This document shows positions 25,901 through 34,200 of a DNA stretch of 64,000 nt, in pieces; position 1 is the first letter of the stretch, and every line of letters begins with the position of its first letter. The position numbers were made by a program, and so were the translations under genes. The notes beneath the pieces are model-generated. The model saw only the letters and a list, made by a program, of their open reading frames with translations, was not told where the DNA came from and searched no databases. This stretch comes from Promethearchaeota archaeon (GTDB taxonomy: Archaea; Asgardarchaeota; Lokiarchaeia; Sigyniarchaeales; SOKP01), in contig JBHLOJ010000002.1 in NCBI GenBank assembly GCA_048940605.1, positions 17,742 through 81,741 on the forward strand. The letters run 5' to 3'.

Positions 25901-27458
25901 TTTTTCCTATCAGGTTTGTAAAAGTATAGTTAACTCCATTAATAGAATACCATGTGCTATCAAGATTCTGTTCGGTTAATGAAATTACATACATAAGGGT
26001 TATATTTCCAAATTTCTCATAAGGTTCTGGTGAAATAATAGATACTATTGGAGCATTTGTATCTTTATTAACTGTAACTTCAGAAAATCCTATATTATCA
26101 AGAGAATTATTAGCACTAAATCTAATTATAATATCTCCATCAGCGCACCAATCCCATGCCTTTTGATTAATTGTACCATTTGAGGTGATAAAATGTTTTG
26201 TAGTATTATCTCCTAAAGTATACCATATTTTATCTGGTGTTCCATCAATAATTTCAATATTAAATTCAGGTCCAATTTCTTCAAAGATTTGGTTTTGGGT
26301 AGGATTATGTATTGAAATTACAATTTTATTTATCCAAATTGGATAATTATCTTGCGCACTATAATAATCGTTAATTATATAGGGTGTATCTCCAATTCCA
26401 TCCCCATCTCCATCATATCCTGTATAATCATCCCAATAATTACCAAGGGAACCATTATCCCATTTAGTTTCTGAATAAAGAATAGAAATTGCTGCATGTC
26501 CCAGCACATTAGTAATGAAAAAATTATTATAAATCAGATTCCTTTTAGGTTTATCTGAGACCCCTCCAACACTTATACCATAATATTCATTGTCTCTTAG
26601 TATGTTTTCTTTGATAATATTATCATTACTCCCCTCTTCTATAACAATACCAGTTGCCCCGTTATTAATAATCGTATTTTGCGAAATATTGTTTAAATTG
26701 CTATATTCTACCCAAATCCCATTCCCCCATTGTTGATTGTCATAAATATTATTTTTCGATACGTTATTTTCATTACAATTAATTAAATTAAATCCCCCAT
26801 GATCATTAGTATAAATTTCATTATTGCTTATAGTACAATTATTCATATTAACCAAATCAAATCCTACTCCACCAGTGTTATAGACTTTATTATTAATCAA
26901 TGATATTCTATCTCCATTTTCTATGCGAATTCCATCATAACTATGTATGTCATATACCTGATTATTTTTTAAAGATACGTTACTTATATCTGACATGTGT
27001 ATTCCACGAGAATTCGTCTCGGAGGTATCTAAGATATCATTATTGATAACCAAACCATTCGTCACATTTGAAAATACAAGACCATGATATCCACCCCACA
27101 TTTTCCAAAATCTACTGTTATTAATAACGAAAAATGCTTCTGAATTTCTAATTTCTAAACAATGCTCATTTCGCATATATCCACTAATGCTAATATCGTT
27201 GATGATATATGGATCACTCTTTGTTCCCAAACCACTACACCAAGGTTGAACAGCAGCTTGAGACCAGGTATAGTCACCTCCTCCTGTATCATCAATTATA
27301 AATGGTATAAGTGTCCAGGAATATCCCATTTTTAAGTTATTCTTATTAAATTTATCATGAATGTTTGGAGTGGTGAAGTTCGGTGAAAAAACTGTTGATG
27401 TCGATGCTAGTATTAAAAGTGTTAGAATTAGACATTTAATTACAATTTTTTGCTTCAT
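22902..27458 (-). CDS. Surface adhesin-like protein, 1518 aa: two NosD-like right-handed beta-helix modules, about 9 Ig-like repeats and a C-terminal PGF-CTERM-like anchor
   Basis: Signal peptide MKQKIVIKCLILTLLILAST. There are two modules (about 26385-27290 and 24780-25730). Each opens with PWC(S/R)G(L/S)GT..DPYII and has parallel beta-helix repeats (NNxIxxN...). Each closes with GNYWDDY(T/S)G.D..(D)DGIGD, the NosD-type signature. The ~95-aa repeats carry WY(S/T), INQxxW and FxANDxxGNIG motifs. The C-terminus is NIPGYTPIIILGVLLMLISILTKKSK (PGY at 22986-22994). Confidence 0.85.
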   Translation of the reverse strand: MKQKIVIKCLILTLLILASTSTVFSPNFTTPNIHDKFNKNNLKMGYSWTLIPFIIDDTGGGDYTWSQAAVQPWCSGLGTKSDPYIINDISISGYMRNEHCLEIRNSEAFFVINNSRFWKMWGGYHGLVFSNVTNGLVINNDILDTSETNSRGIHMSDISNVSLKNNQVYDIHSYDGIRIENGDRISLINNKVYNTGGVGFDLVNMNNCTISNNEIYTNDHGGFNLINCNENNVSKNNIYDNQQWGNGIWVEYSNLNNISQNTIINNGATGIVIEEGSNDNIIKENILRDNEYYGISVGGVSDKPKRNLIYNNFFITNVLGHAAISILYSETKWDNGSLGNYWDDYTGYDGDGDGIGDTPYIINDYYSAQDNYPIWINKIVISIHNPTQNQIFEEIGPEFNIEIIDGTPDKIWYTLGDNTTKHFITSNGTINQKAWDWCADGDIIIRFSANNSLDNIGFSEVTVNKDTNAPIVSIISPEPYEKFGNITLMYVISLTEQNLDSTWYSINGVNYTFTNLIGKIDQGAWDSCENGTISIKFYANDTLGRVSYQELVVLKDINYIRMWNLSGVPIYIDNSDPNYNWAKIESENPWCRGSGTVLDPYIIENVIIDGYTNDSCITVLNSNVHFIIQNCELFNGVKRGIWLNNTQNGIIIHNIIHDNQYQGIYLWENCEWNQILNNEIFNHSGNGISFYMYCDYNIISENDITDNTDDGIGFFQYCTDNVITYNNISNSGQRGISLGILGSRTEITGNYINNNERGIFIDGGYDCIIERNRVSFHTYEGMDLFIFNSLVISNIVYNNSDGIGVYTEERPSPYINIFMNNIIINNTDRGLSIGTPSGQDYLNLIYKNSFINNGQHGFNSGGINSWDNGSIGNYWDDYSGNDLNDDGIGDIAYQISGIPSPKYDLYPIWDDGDDPTPPQISIILPTENQLFGKLAPNFRVSVTGLYLNITWYSLIGGSVNHTFTDFNDQIDQNLWDEFGNGTVVVRFYANDSLGHIGFDEIILLKDIISPNIIIYTPKNNEIFGISPPNYEIFINESNFDKSWYTFDNGQTNTTFFGNGTFAFNSWNNLPNGTVFIKFYACDKAGNIGFSEVKVYKDIIAPEIEILSPYEFDLFGSDAPEFEVFFNDPHINLTWYSLGAKNYTFTSNGTIDQEAWDLIMNGSVVIAFFINDSVGNIGHDQVLIRKDILAPIIEIKSPELDEIFSFTAPEFELSIIEGNLDTIWYSIDNGITNLTINHLVGTINQTGWNNKADGYIQIYFFANDTLGHIGHKNITILKDTEAPSILFEVSNLFINPFIPEYYHLNLEIKCTIFNSSEILWVYLCENSTGIPINHSMIYMEADDWVYNLDISTMNYGDSFSIMFIANDTVGNIGINDNMGSLFTIEIFDLQKPSTTISFDPHSDLFNVNKSTLFSLIADDNSGSGISIIMYQINDSEWFTFSQPFNLTDYNFGEWKISFYSIDNAGNVEDVNIITVNLIDTTPPDSPQNIPGYTPIIILGVLLMLISILTKKSKILEKNT

Positions 27459-27537
27459 TTTTCTGTTGAGTTTTTGTCTTATAATTTATATTGAAATTCT
27501 ATAGTATATAAAACTTTTTTATTGATTATTTTTTGGA

Positions 27538-28440
27538 TCAGATTACTTTTCTTTCATATAGTAAACTCTCATATTTTTCAATGAAATTCATGTTTTTTCC
27601 AGAGATCTTAGAGATTTTATAGGCATTTTTTGATGTGTTTATGAGAGAGTATATAATAAATTTCAAGATTTCCAGATTTTTGTTTATCTCAGAGCATAGC
27701 ATCAATAAACTATTAACTGACAATCTTTCTACATGTTGTTCAAGCATTTGTTCCAATTTCTCTTTTGGTAATTGATCAACCCACCGTGTAAAGTCTGTAT
27801 CTACACTAACTCGTTGAAAAATTGATAATCCAACCTTCTTCTTCTTTTCTTTTCGATAATGTGCAATCAAATCTTGCATTTGTGGATGTATTAAATTCTT
27901 AAAGCTTCTCTCAGTTATCTCCCCTCTATTTACCTCATCAGCAATCGAAAAGACATCTTCTAAATAATATTGATTTTTATAGAAACGTCGCTTATACATT
28001 TCATTATCTTCAGAGAAGAGTAGTTGAGCAAAAGCTTGAACAGTCCTAAATCCAGCACCATAAGACTTTGAAATATTCTCTAAAGTCTCCCCAAAAACGA
28101 AATCTAAAATATTTAGGGAAATTTTGAGCCATCTTATTAGTTGGTAATAATCATACAACGGGAATTTTCTTCCGAACGATCTGATGAGAGAAAGGAATTT
28201 TTTTTTATCATTGACTTTTTTACTCAATACTGAAAGTGTTTTATCCTGATTTAGAAGCTCATAGGGAATATTTCCATGAATTTTTTTATATTGATTAATG
28301 ATATTGTTTAAATCAGATTTATAATCATTTTCGATAAGATCTCTTAATAAAAACACTTCTTTATAGTCGTTTTTGAAAAGTTCGATAATTTCAAGGATAT
28401 ACTCAATAAACACTGGTTTAATCTCTGAAGGAACTGACAA
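27538..28440 (-). CDS. Hypothetical soluble helical protein, 300 aa
   Basis: ORF with a TTG start at 28440; there is no in-frame ATG for ~150 codons, and an in-frame TAA lies 54-57 nt upstream. It sits between two secreted-protein genes on the same strand, with gaps of ~78 nt. No signal peptide or family recognised. Confidence 0.55.
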   Translation of the reverse strand: MSVPSEIKPVFIEYILEIIELFKNDYKEVFLLRDLIENDYKSDLNNIINQYKKIHGNIPYELLNQDKTLSVLSKKVNDKKKFLSLIRSFGRKFPLYDYYQLIRWLKISLNILDFVFGETLENISKSYGAGFRTVQAFAQLLFSEDNEMYKRRFYKNQYYLEDVFSIADEVNRGEITERSFKNLIHPQMQDLIAHYRKEKKKKVGLSIFQRVSVDTDFTRWVDQLPKEKLEQMLEQHVERLSVNSLLMLCSEINKNLEILKFIIYSLINTSKNAYKISKISGKNMNFIEKYESLLYERKVI

Positions 28441-28517
28441 TTTCTTTGATTTCTTTTCAAGTGTATCTGCTATGCTAGGATCACCTTCTTACAAATAAAA
28501 AATGTAAAAAATTTGAG

Positions 28518-30257
28518 TTAAAATTTCTTCTTAAATTTCTTATACTCCAATGTAATGACTAAGACTGCTAAAGTTAATGCGCCGAAAATAAGGGTGATGT
28601 CAAATCCAGAAATGGCTTCAGAAGCAGCTACTCGAAAGGGGAGGGTTATATTCTCAAAGTAGATAGTATTAGTAGGATCGTGTACTAGTTTTTTCCCTGC
28701 CCATGTAGGATAATTTTCAGTGTGTATATGATAAAGGCTATCAGCGATAATAAACCCGGGTCTAATAACACCTACAAGATCCTCGAGGGTAAACAAAAAG
28801 GATGCTTCAGGGACACTCCACACCAGACCAGGCGAGTGCATTATAATCTTATTAATACTGGCTCCTCGTGATTCAATTGAAGTAATTTCCCCTTCTTTTG
28901 GATAATCATGGAGGGTATAATTTTTCTTAATAGGATTCACTAAGTCAATTTCTGCAACGGGTTCGCTATTCGATTCAAAAATGAACCTATCAGACGGCAT
29001 AGTAACCTCTATTGGATTTACCTCATCAATATTAAATGAGGAGACAAAATAATCATACCGTGGGATAGCCAATCCGAAATTCTCTCGCTCGAGTATATTA
29101 TAGGTATCAAGCTCACTGAATGAAGGGATTCCTAAAGTGAGACTTAAATCTGCCTTCCCGCTGCCTATTTTATACTGAAATCCATAGGAAAAATCACCTG
29201 GGGAAACTTCATCATAGAAAGGATCTCTCTTAGTGCCAATCCACTGTTCAAAGGGGATGTCAGGATTACCGATAAAAGCATCTATAGGAAAGTCTCGATA
29301 ATTTATTCCCCATACGACAGTATCGTTTCCACTTAAAGAAGGCGGAGTAAATTTAATAAGGGACGCGATCTCATCAACAGTCTTATCGGCAGGGAAATTT
29401 CCTACACTTGTTTCATTATTCCATAGACTTACCATCTTGATTCCGGTCTCAGTTGCTTGAGGTGTAAACCAACCACCACCCTCAGATGAAGAAAGCATAT
29501 CAAGTGATCCAGAAGGAGGGTTGGTAAAATCGCCAACAGAATATACTCCATCCCTATCTTCATCATTAAAGGGTAAAAACTCCGAGAAAGTACTCGCCCA
29601 AGCAATGTGATCTCCTTTCTCTGTCTCATATATCTGGAACACAAGAATGAGAGGTCTGGTGAATGTCTCATTTATTATATAACGATCTTTTTTTATTTCC
29701 ACAGGATCACCACCAGTATAATTCATCGTATCATAGACTTCTACTGTTTCATTTATCGTTTCCAACAACTCTAACGTGTCTCGATCATATTTTTTAATTT
29801 CCTTATCTATTATTTGATGATTAGTTTCATTATATCCATAATTATATCCATACGTCTCTCTATATGTATCTAATTCGTAAAATCCTTTCTTTAAGGCCAT
29901 CCAAATTAACTTTGCACTTCCATAGTCTACATCTACCCTGTAAACATTTATATCAATATCCAAATCAAAACTTCCTTCCCTAGTATAGTTATAATAATAC
30001 GAATAGTTCGCGTCGTAATCTACAATACGTGTTTCCTCAATATATGTGTTATCAGTAAGATTAACATAGTGGTCTGTAAAGGTAAAAACATCTGAATATG
30101 ACCCCGTATAATTTTGAATTACCGATTCACCATCCCAAATTTTAGAATACGTTGCAGAATACGTGGTTTGTGTCCATGAGAAAGTGGCATATTCATCCTC
30201 ACCTTGTTTTGCATCCACAAGTAAAAGAGCTGAATGAATATTTAATACTAAAAGCAT
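28518..30257 (-). CDS. Secreted or cell-surface protein, 579 aa, with a C-terminal TM anchor (SGF + hydrophobic + KKFKKKF)
   Basis: Beta-rich and Tyr/Asn/Asp-rich. The C-terminus is AISGFDITLIFGALTLAVLVITLEYKKFKKKF (28521-28616). The frame stays open 13 codons upstream of the listed ATG (EIKKYFRTFILVS-M). That stretch would supply the positively charged n-region of a signal peptide, so the true start may be a non-ATG codon near 30290. Confidence 0.7.
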   Translation of the reverse strand: MLLVLNIHSALLLVDAKQGEDEYATFSWTQTTYSATYSKIWDGESVIQNYTGSYSDVFTFTDHYVNLTDNTYIEETRIVDYDANYSYYYNYTREGSFDLDIDINVYRVDVDYGSAKLIWMALKKGFYELDTYRETYGYNYGYNETNHQIIDKEIKKYDRDTLELLETINETVEVYDTMNYTGGDPVEIKKDRYIINETFTRPLILVFQIYETEKGDHIAWASTFSEFLPFNDEDRDGVYSVGDFTNPPSGSLDMLSSSEGGGWFTPQATETGIKMVSLWNNETSVGNFPADKTVDEIASLIKFTPPSLSGNDTVVWGINYRDFPIDAFIGNPDIPFEQWIGTKRDPFYDEVSPGDFSYGFQYKIGSGKADLSLTLGIPSFSELDTYNILERENFGLAIPRYDYFVSSFNIDEVNPIEVTMPSDRFIFESNSEPVAEIDLVNPIKKNYTLHDYPKEGEITSIESRGASINKIIMHSPGLVWSVPEASFLFTLEDLVGVIRPGFIIADSLYHIHTENYPTWAGKKLVHDPTNTIYFENITLPFRVAASEAISGFDITLIFGALTLAVLVITLEYKKFKKKF

Positions 30258-30552
30258 AGAAACTAAGATAAATGTCCTAAAATATTTCTTTATTTCTTAC
30301 CACCTGAATTTTTATACAATTTTTTTATCAATTTTAGAAAATTATTTGCGATTCATTTACAAATAATTTTGTCATATTATTGTATTTTAAAGAAAGCTAT
30401 GCTTATAATAATTACGATTTACAAAGTCTAGCTTAACTCCTTTTTGTGTGTCAAACCAACCTCCATAAATTTTAATTTTGATAACGGTTTTCTTAAATTC
30501 TTAACACAAATGTCGTTTGATAGATATTGTTTTTTACCAAAAAATACCAAAT

Positions 30553-30894
30553 TTAAGTGAAAATTTCTTTGGTGTAATTATCTAACTCTTCGAGAAACTT
30601 TTTTAATTTCTTCGTAGTCATTACCATATAATGAGAACCATCTTCATGTATTTTTGGAAGATCGAACCTTACAATTAGTTTAAGATCTAAACATATAATT
30701 AAATAATTATATATAGCACTCTTTCCTAAATTTACTTCTGATCGTATTTTCATGGGAGTACAGAGTCTTTCAGAATGGATAAATCTAAGCATCTTAATGA
30801 TCTCCTTAATAACTACAAGCATTTTAAGGAGTTTTAATTTTTCAATAATCTTTTTAAAATCATCATTGTCCAATATTTCAAACCTCCTAATCAT
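30553..30894 (-). CDS. Small winged helix-turn-helix transcription regulator (ArsR/TrmB-like), 113 aa
   Basis: The segment MKIRSEVNLGKSAIYNYLIICLDLKLIVRFDLPKIHEDGSHYMVMT has the helix-turn-helix plus beta-hairpin wing layout of ArsR-type wHTH proteins. It is transcribed divergently from the giant ORF. Confidence 0.5.
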   Translation of the reverse strand: MIRRFEILDNDDFKKIIEKLKLLKMLVVIKEIIKMLRFIHSERLCTPMKIRSEVNLGKSAIYNYLIICLDLKLIVRFDLPKIHEDGSHYMVMTTKKLKKFLEELDNYTKEIFT

Positions 30895-30959
30895 ATTTTG
30901 ATATATTATCCGATCTGGAGTATTTAAAGAAAAAAATTATTTCATGATCCAAATTTCAA

Positions 30960-31017
30960 TTCCACGGTCGTGGAACTGGTCAAAAAACCATTCCGTCACC
31001 ATGGACTGGTTCAAAAA
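30960..31017. promoter_or_regulatory. Candidate operator: a 16-bp palindrome inside the first copy of an imperfect ~28-nt direct repeat
   Basis: TTCCACG-GT-CGTGGAA (30960-30975) has 7-bp arms. TTCCACGGTCGTGGAACTGGTCAAAAAA (30960-30987) recurs as TTCCGTCACCATGGACTGGTTCAAAAA (30991-31017), about 20 of 28 positions identical, offset 31 nt. The site lies 66-123 nt upstream of the wHTH gene start and ~285 nt upstream of the giant ORF start. Confidence 0.35.
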
Positions 31018-31299
31018 TATAATAAACTCTTCTTAAATTTTTGTGCTAAAAAAATTAGGTTTAGCAAGGGAAAAAATCTGTAAAAAATTCTGTATAATTT
31101 ACCCATATGCAAAAAAGTTTTTAAATGATGGCACGAATATATTTTTTTATTAAAGAGAAAAAAAATCACAGGTCTCACACTTTGATATTAATATGTGAAA
31201 AAACTGATCGTAAATTTTTTATTAAAAAATGTTGAAATTATCGATCTTTAATACATTTTAATATTGAATTTTAGAGATGAAAATAAAGTGATGTAAAAA

Positions 31300-34200
31300 A
31301 TGAGTAAAAGCACAAAAACTAAAAAAGAGTATGAGAGAGAGCTTTCAAAAATGATTCGTTCTCCTTCTGTGGATACTTCATTTGAAAAGGTAAAGATTAA
31401 TTATTCACTAGATAATTATAATCTGACTACTCTCGATAATGAGATAGATCAGATAAGATCTTCTGGATTGAAACAAACACAAGTTTCAGCAAAATATACC
31501 CAAAAATCAATAGAAAAAGTTGACAAAACGGATGAAATTACGAAACATCAAGATCTCCCAAAAGATCATTTACCTTCTTTGCAATTATTCAAAAACAAAG
31601 AAATTAAGATTACAGAAAAAAAAGAACCTCAAGGAAAATATCAATATTATTTTAGTTTTATAATCCTAGCCTTGATATTTTCAGCGCCGTCCATTCTCAG
31701 TTTTCTTATTCTTTTCTATTTAAATAATCCATTACAAGAATCTCTTTATGTTCTAATTCCTTTATATTTATTTTTATCAGTATTTTGTGCTTTTAAAGGG
31801 GCGTATTATTACTTCAACATAATCAAGAAACAGAGGAGACTTAAATTAGAATCCCGAAGATCAAAACCGAAGTTCCAAGAAGTGTTTAGTAGGTTAAGTT
31901 TAAAAGATAGTACACTTAAAGTTATCACTGTTTCTTTTTCCTTTTTACTGTTCTTTTGCGGGTATATGAACATCCTCTTTTTTTCTAATACTAAGGGAGA
32001 TATTTTACTATTAATCCTATTGGAAATTACCTATTATGTAATTTTTACCATCAACCACAATATTATGAAAGATAATGGAAGATCTCTACAACAATTATTC
32101 ATTGCTGCTAGCGTAGCAGGTACTTTCCTTGGAGCTCTCATACTCTTTGCCGTTAATAATTTAAAACCATTATTGGTTGTCTTTCCTGTGGTTATCTTTG
32201 TATCCTATTTAGTATATAAAAATATCCTTGTTAAGACAATTGTATTCCTTTGTTGTATCACAGGATTAGGTTTTTTTAGTCTTTTTATATATAACATAGT
32301 TAGCACCTATTTAGTTGATGTATTTACTACTAAGTTCCCATTCAAAGCTCCTATTTTTCTAGGTGGTTTCAATAACACTGTGCTATTTATCCTTACTTTT
32401 TTCATAGGATTAATAGTAATCTACTTAATGGTCCGTAAGAAATTTATTCAAGTTCTCCAATTCTTGCCATTAGTTGGTCTTTTGGGCAGTATTTGGATTT
32501 ATTATCATAATTTTTCTAGTAATAGGCTACCTGAAGATGTTTCAGCTCTATTTTTATTGATCCCTATCATTTTCTATTCTCTTTTTTTAGTCTTTATCTT
32601 TAAAAATCGTATTTTAGATCTTTTTGCTCAGTTTTTTATGTTAATATCATCTTTGAGTCTACCAATCATTCTAGCCATTTTAGCACTACAAGAAAATTAT
32701 GGTGATGCCCAGTTTTTAATACCTTTCTGGACGATTGTATTTTCTATTCTTGCGGTGTTATTCGCACCATTATATGAAGTAAAACCAAGGAGATCTTCAA
32801 CTCAAAAGCAAAATGGGATTTATGGGTTGAAATATCATGAAATTAAGTTCCCTCTTCTATGGACATTTACTCTTGGTCTTACCGTAAGCCTATGTTATGT
32901 TTTCATTATGATCCCCCAGTGGCAATTTATACCAGTACTAGGTATAATTTGTTCCATTCTCTTATTCACTATTAAAGCAAAATCTATCAAAGTAAAAGTA
33001 ATAAAATTACTACAAAAAAGAAAGTATAAATTATATAATATTAAAAATAAATCCACAGTTAAAACTCCTTATTTTGAGGATAAGCATGTTCGAATAGCAC
33101 TTTTAATGATTATTTTCCTTAATTTATATTCCTTAATTTTCTCTGTAAATTCGCTAGCATCGGTTAGCTCTCCAAATTTTGAGTTTGCAAGAGTTCCGCA
33201 AGAAAATGGGCTTAATCTCGCCTCTATTAATTATGGATCTCTAGAATATTCCTCCTCTCTCAACGATTTCGATGGAATGTCAATTAATGATAAATTTATT
33301 ATAAAATGTAAAGTATCTCTGGATTTTGGAGAGACTTCGCTTGTAAGAGTGCGCATAATTCCACAAGATGTACCATCAATAGAGGGATTTCGGATACTAA
33401 AATCTTATGAAATTTCTTCCAAGTATCTCACAGGTCCTAAAAAGGATTATGAGATAATTACTCAAATACCCTTAAATAAATTTGATTTGGCTCCTGGAAC
33501 TTATAAAGTTGAGGTTTATTATAGTGTACTAACTGGATTTGGGTGTCGTTCTTCGTCACCCCAAATATATGAGCTGATTCTTGTTAGGGATAATTTATAC
33601 GTAATCCCGACTGAGCCTTTCAATGAGCCAATTGAAGATGGGTTCCATTACAATTCAGTTTATACCTTTGAATATGAAATAAATGGAAAACTTTGCTGGA
33701 ATGTAATTTTTGATGGAAGAATTCAAAATTCTGCTCAGAGAACAGTTTCATTAGATAATCTCGAATTATTCATTGAAGAAAATGATCGGTATGTGAATAT
33801 TGCTAACATAAGCACCGATAGCAGAGGTAGATTTTATTACAACCACACTGTATTTGGTTCAATCGAAAAAAATCAAATGGTAAAAATAGAATCTTCCTGC
33901 AAAAGCGAATTCTATAATCCCTTATTTTATGAAGAATTTGGAGGTTTAGAGACCCCCATTTCTGATGAAAGGGTGTTTAGGGACGAAGACATGAATCTTT
34001 ATCCTGATTGGGACTATACCCTTTATGATTTTATTAAGGTTCTTACAAGCAGTTCAGAAGGAGCACCTCCTTCCTCTCTTGCGTTCATGGCTGAGTTTTC
34101 AGAATCTGAAGGTTCAACGACTACAGATATTATTAATAATTTAGAAGGCACAATTGAGGGTAATACAACATGGACTACTGCTGGAAAACGTGATTCTGCT

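Noticed and set aside
22990-26385. The Ig-like repeat array of the adhesin as a DNA tandem repeat, VNTR or CRISPR-like array
   Set aside because: Repeat units are ~285 nt, contiguous and in frame. They are related only at protein level, and their nucleotide sequences are diverged. There is no repeat-spacer structure.
14664-29671. Short antisense or alternative-frame ORFs inside mid-window genes (14664..14852, 17126..17359, 17346..17564, 21375..21632, 21967..22155, 24164..24355, 24891..25091, 29429..29671)
   Set aside because: They are fully embedded in longer genes that carry clear signal peptides or catalytic motifs. There is no independent support for them.
30960-31017. The direct repeats upstream of the giant ORF as a mini-CRISPR or att site
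   Set aside because: There are only two imperfect copies. No cas or integrase genes are nearby. The position in a divergent promoter region fits an operator better.
31651-33150. Identifying the giant ORF membrane domain as an AglB/STT3 oligosaccharyltransferase or an archaeosortase
   Set aside because: I looked for the WWDYG-type motif and for a Cys/Arg/His triad context and did not see them. The identity cannot be assigned without profile searches.
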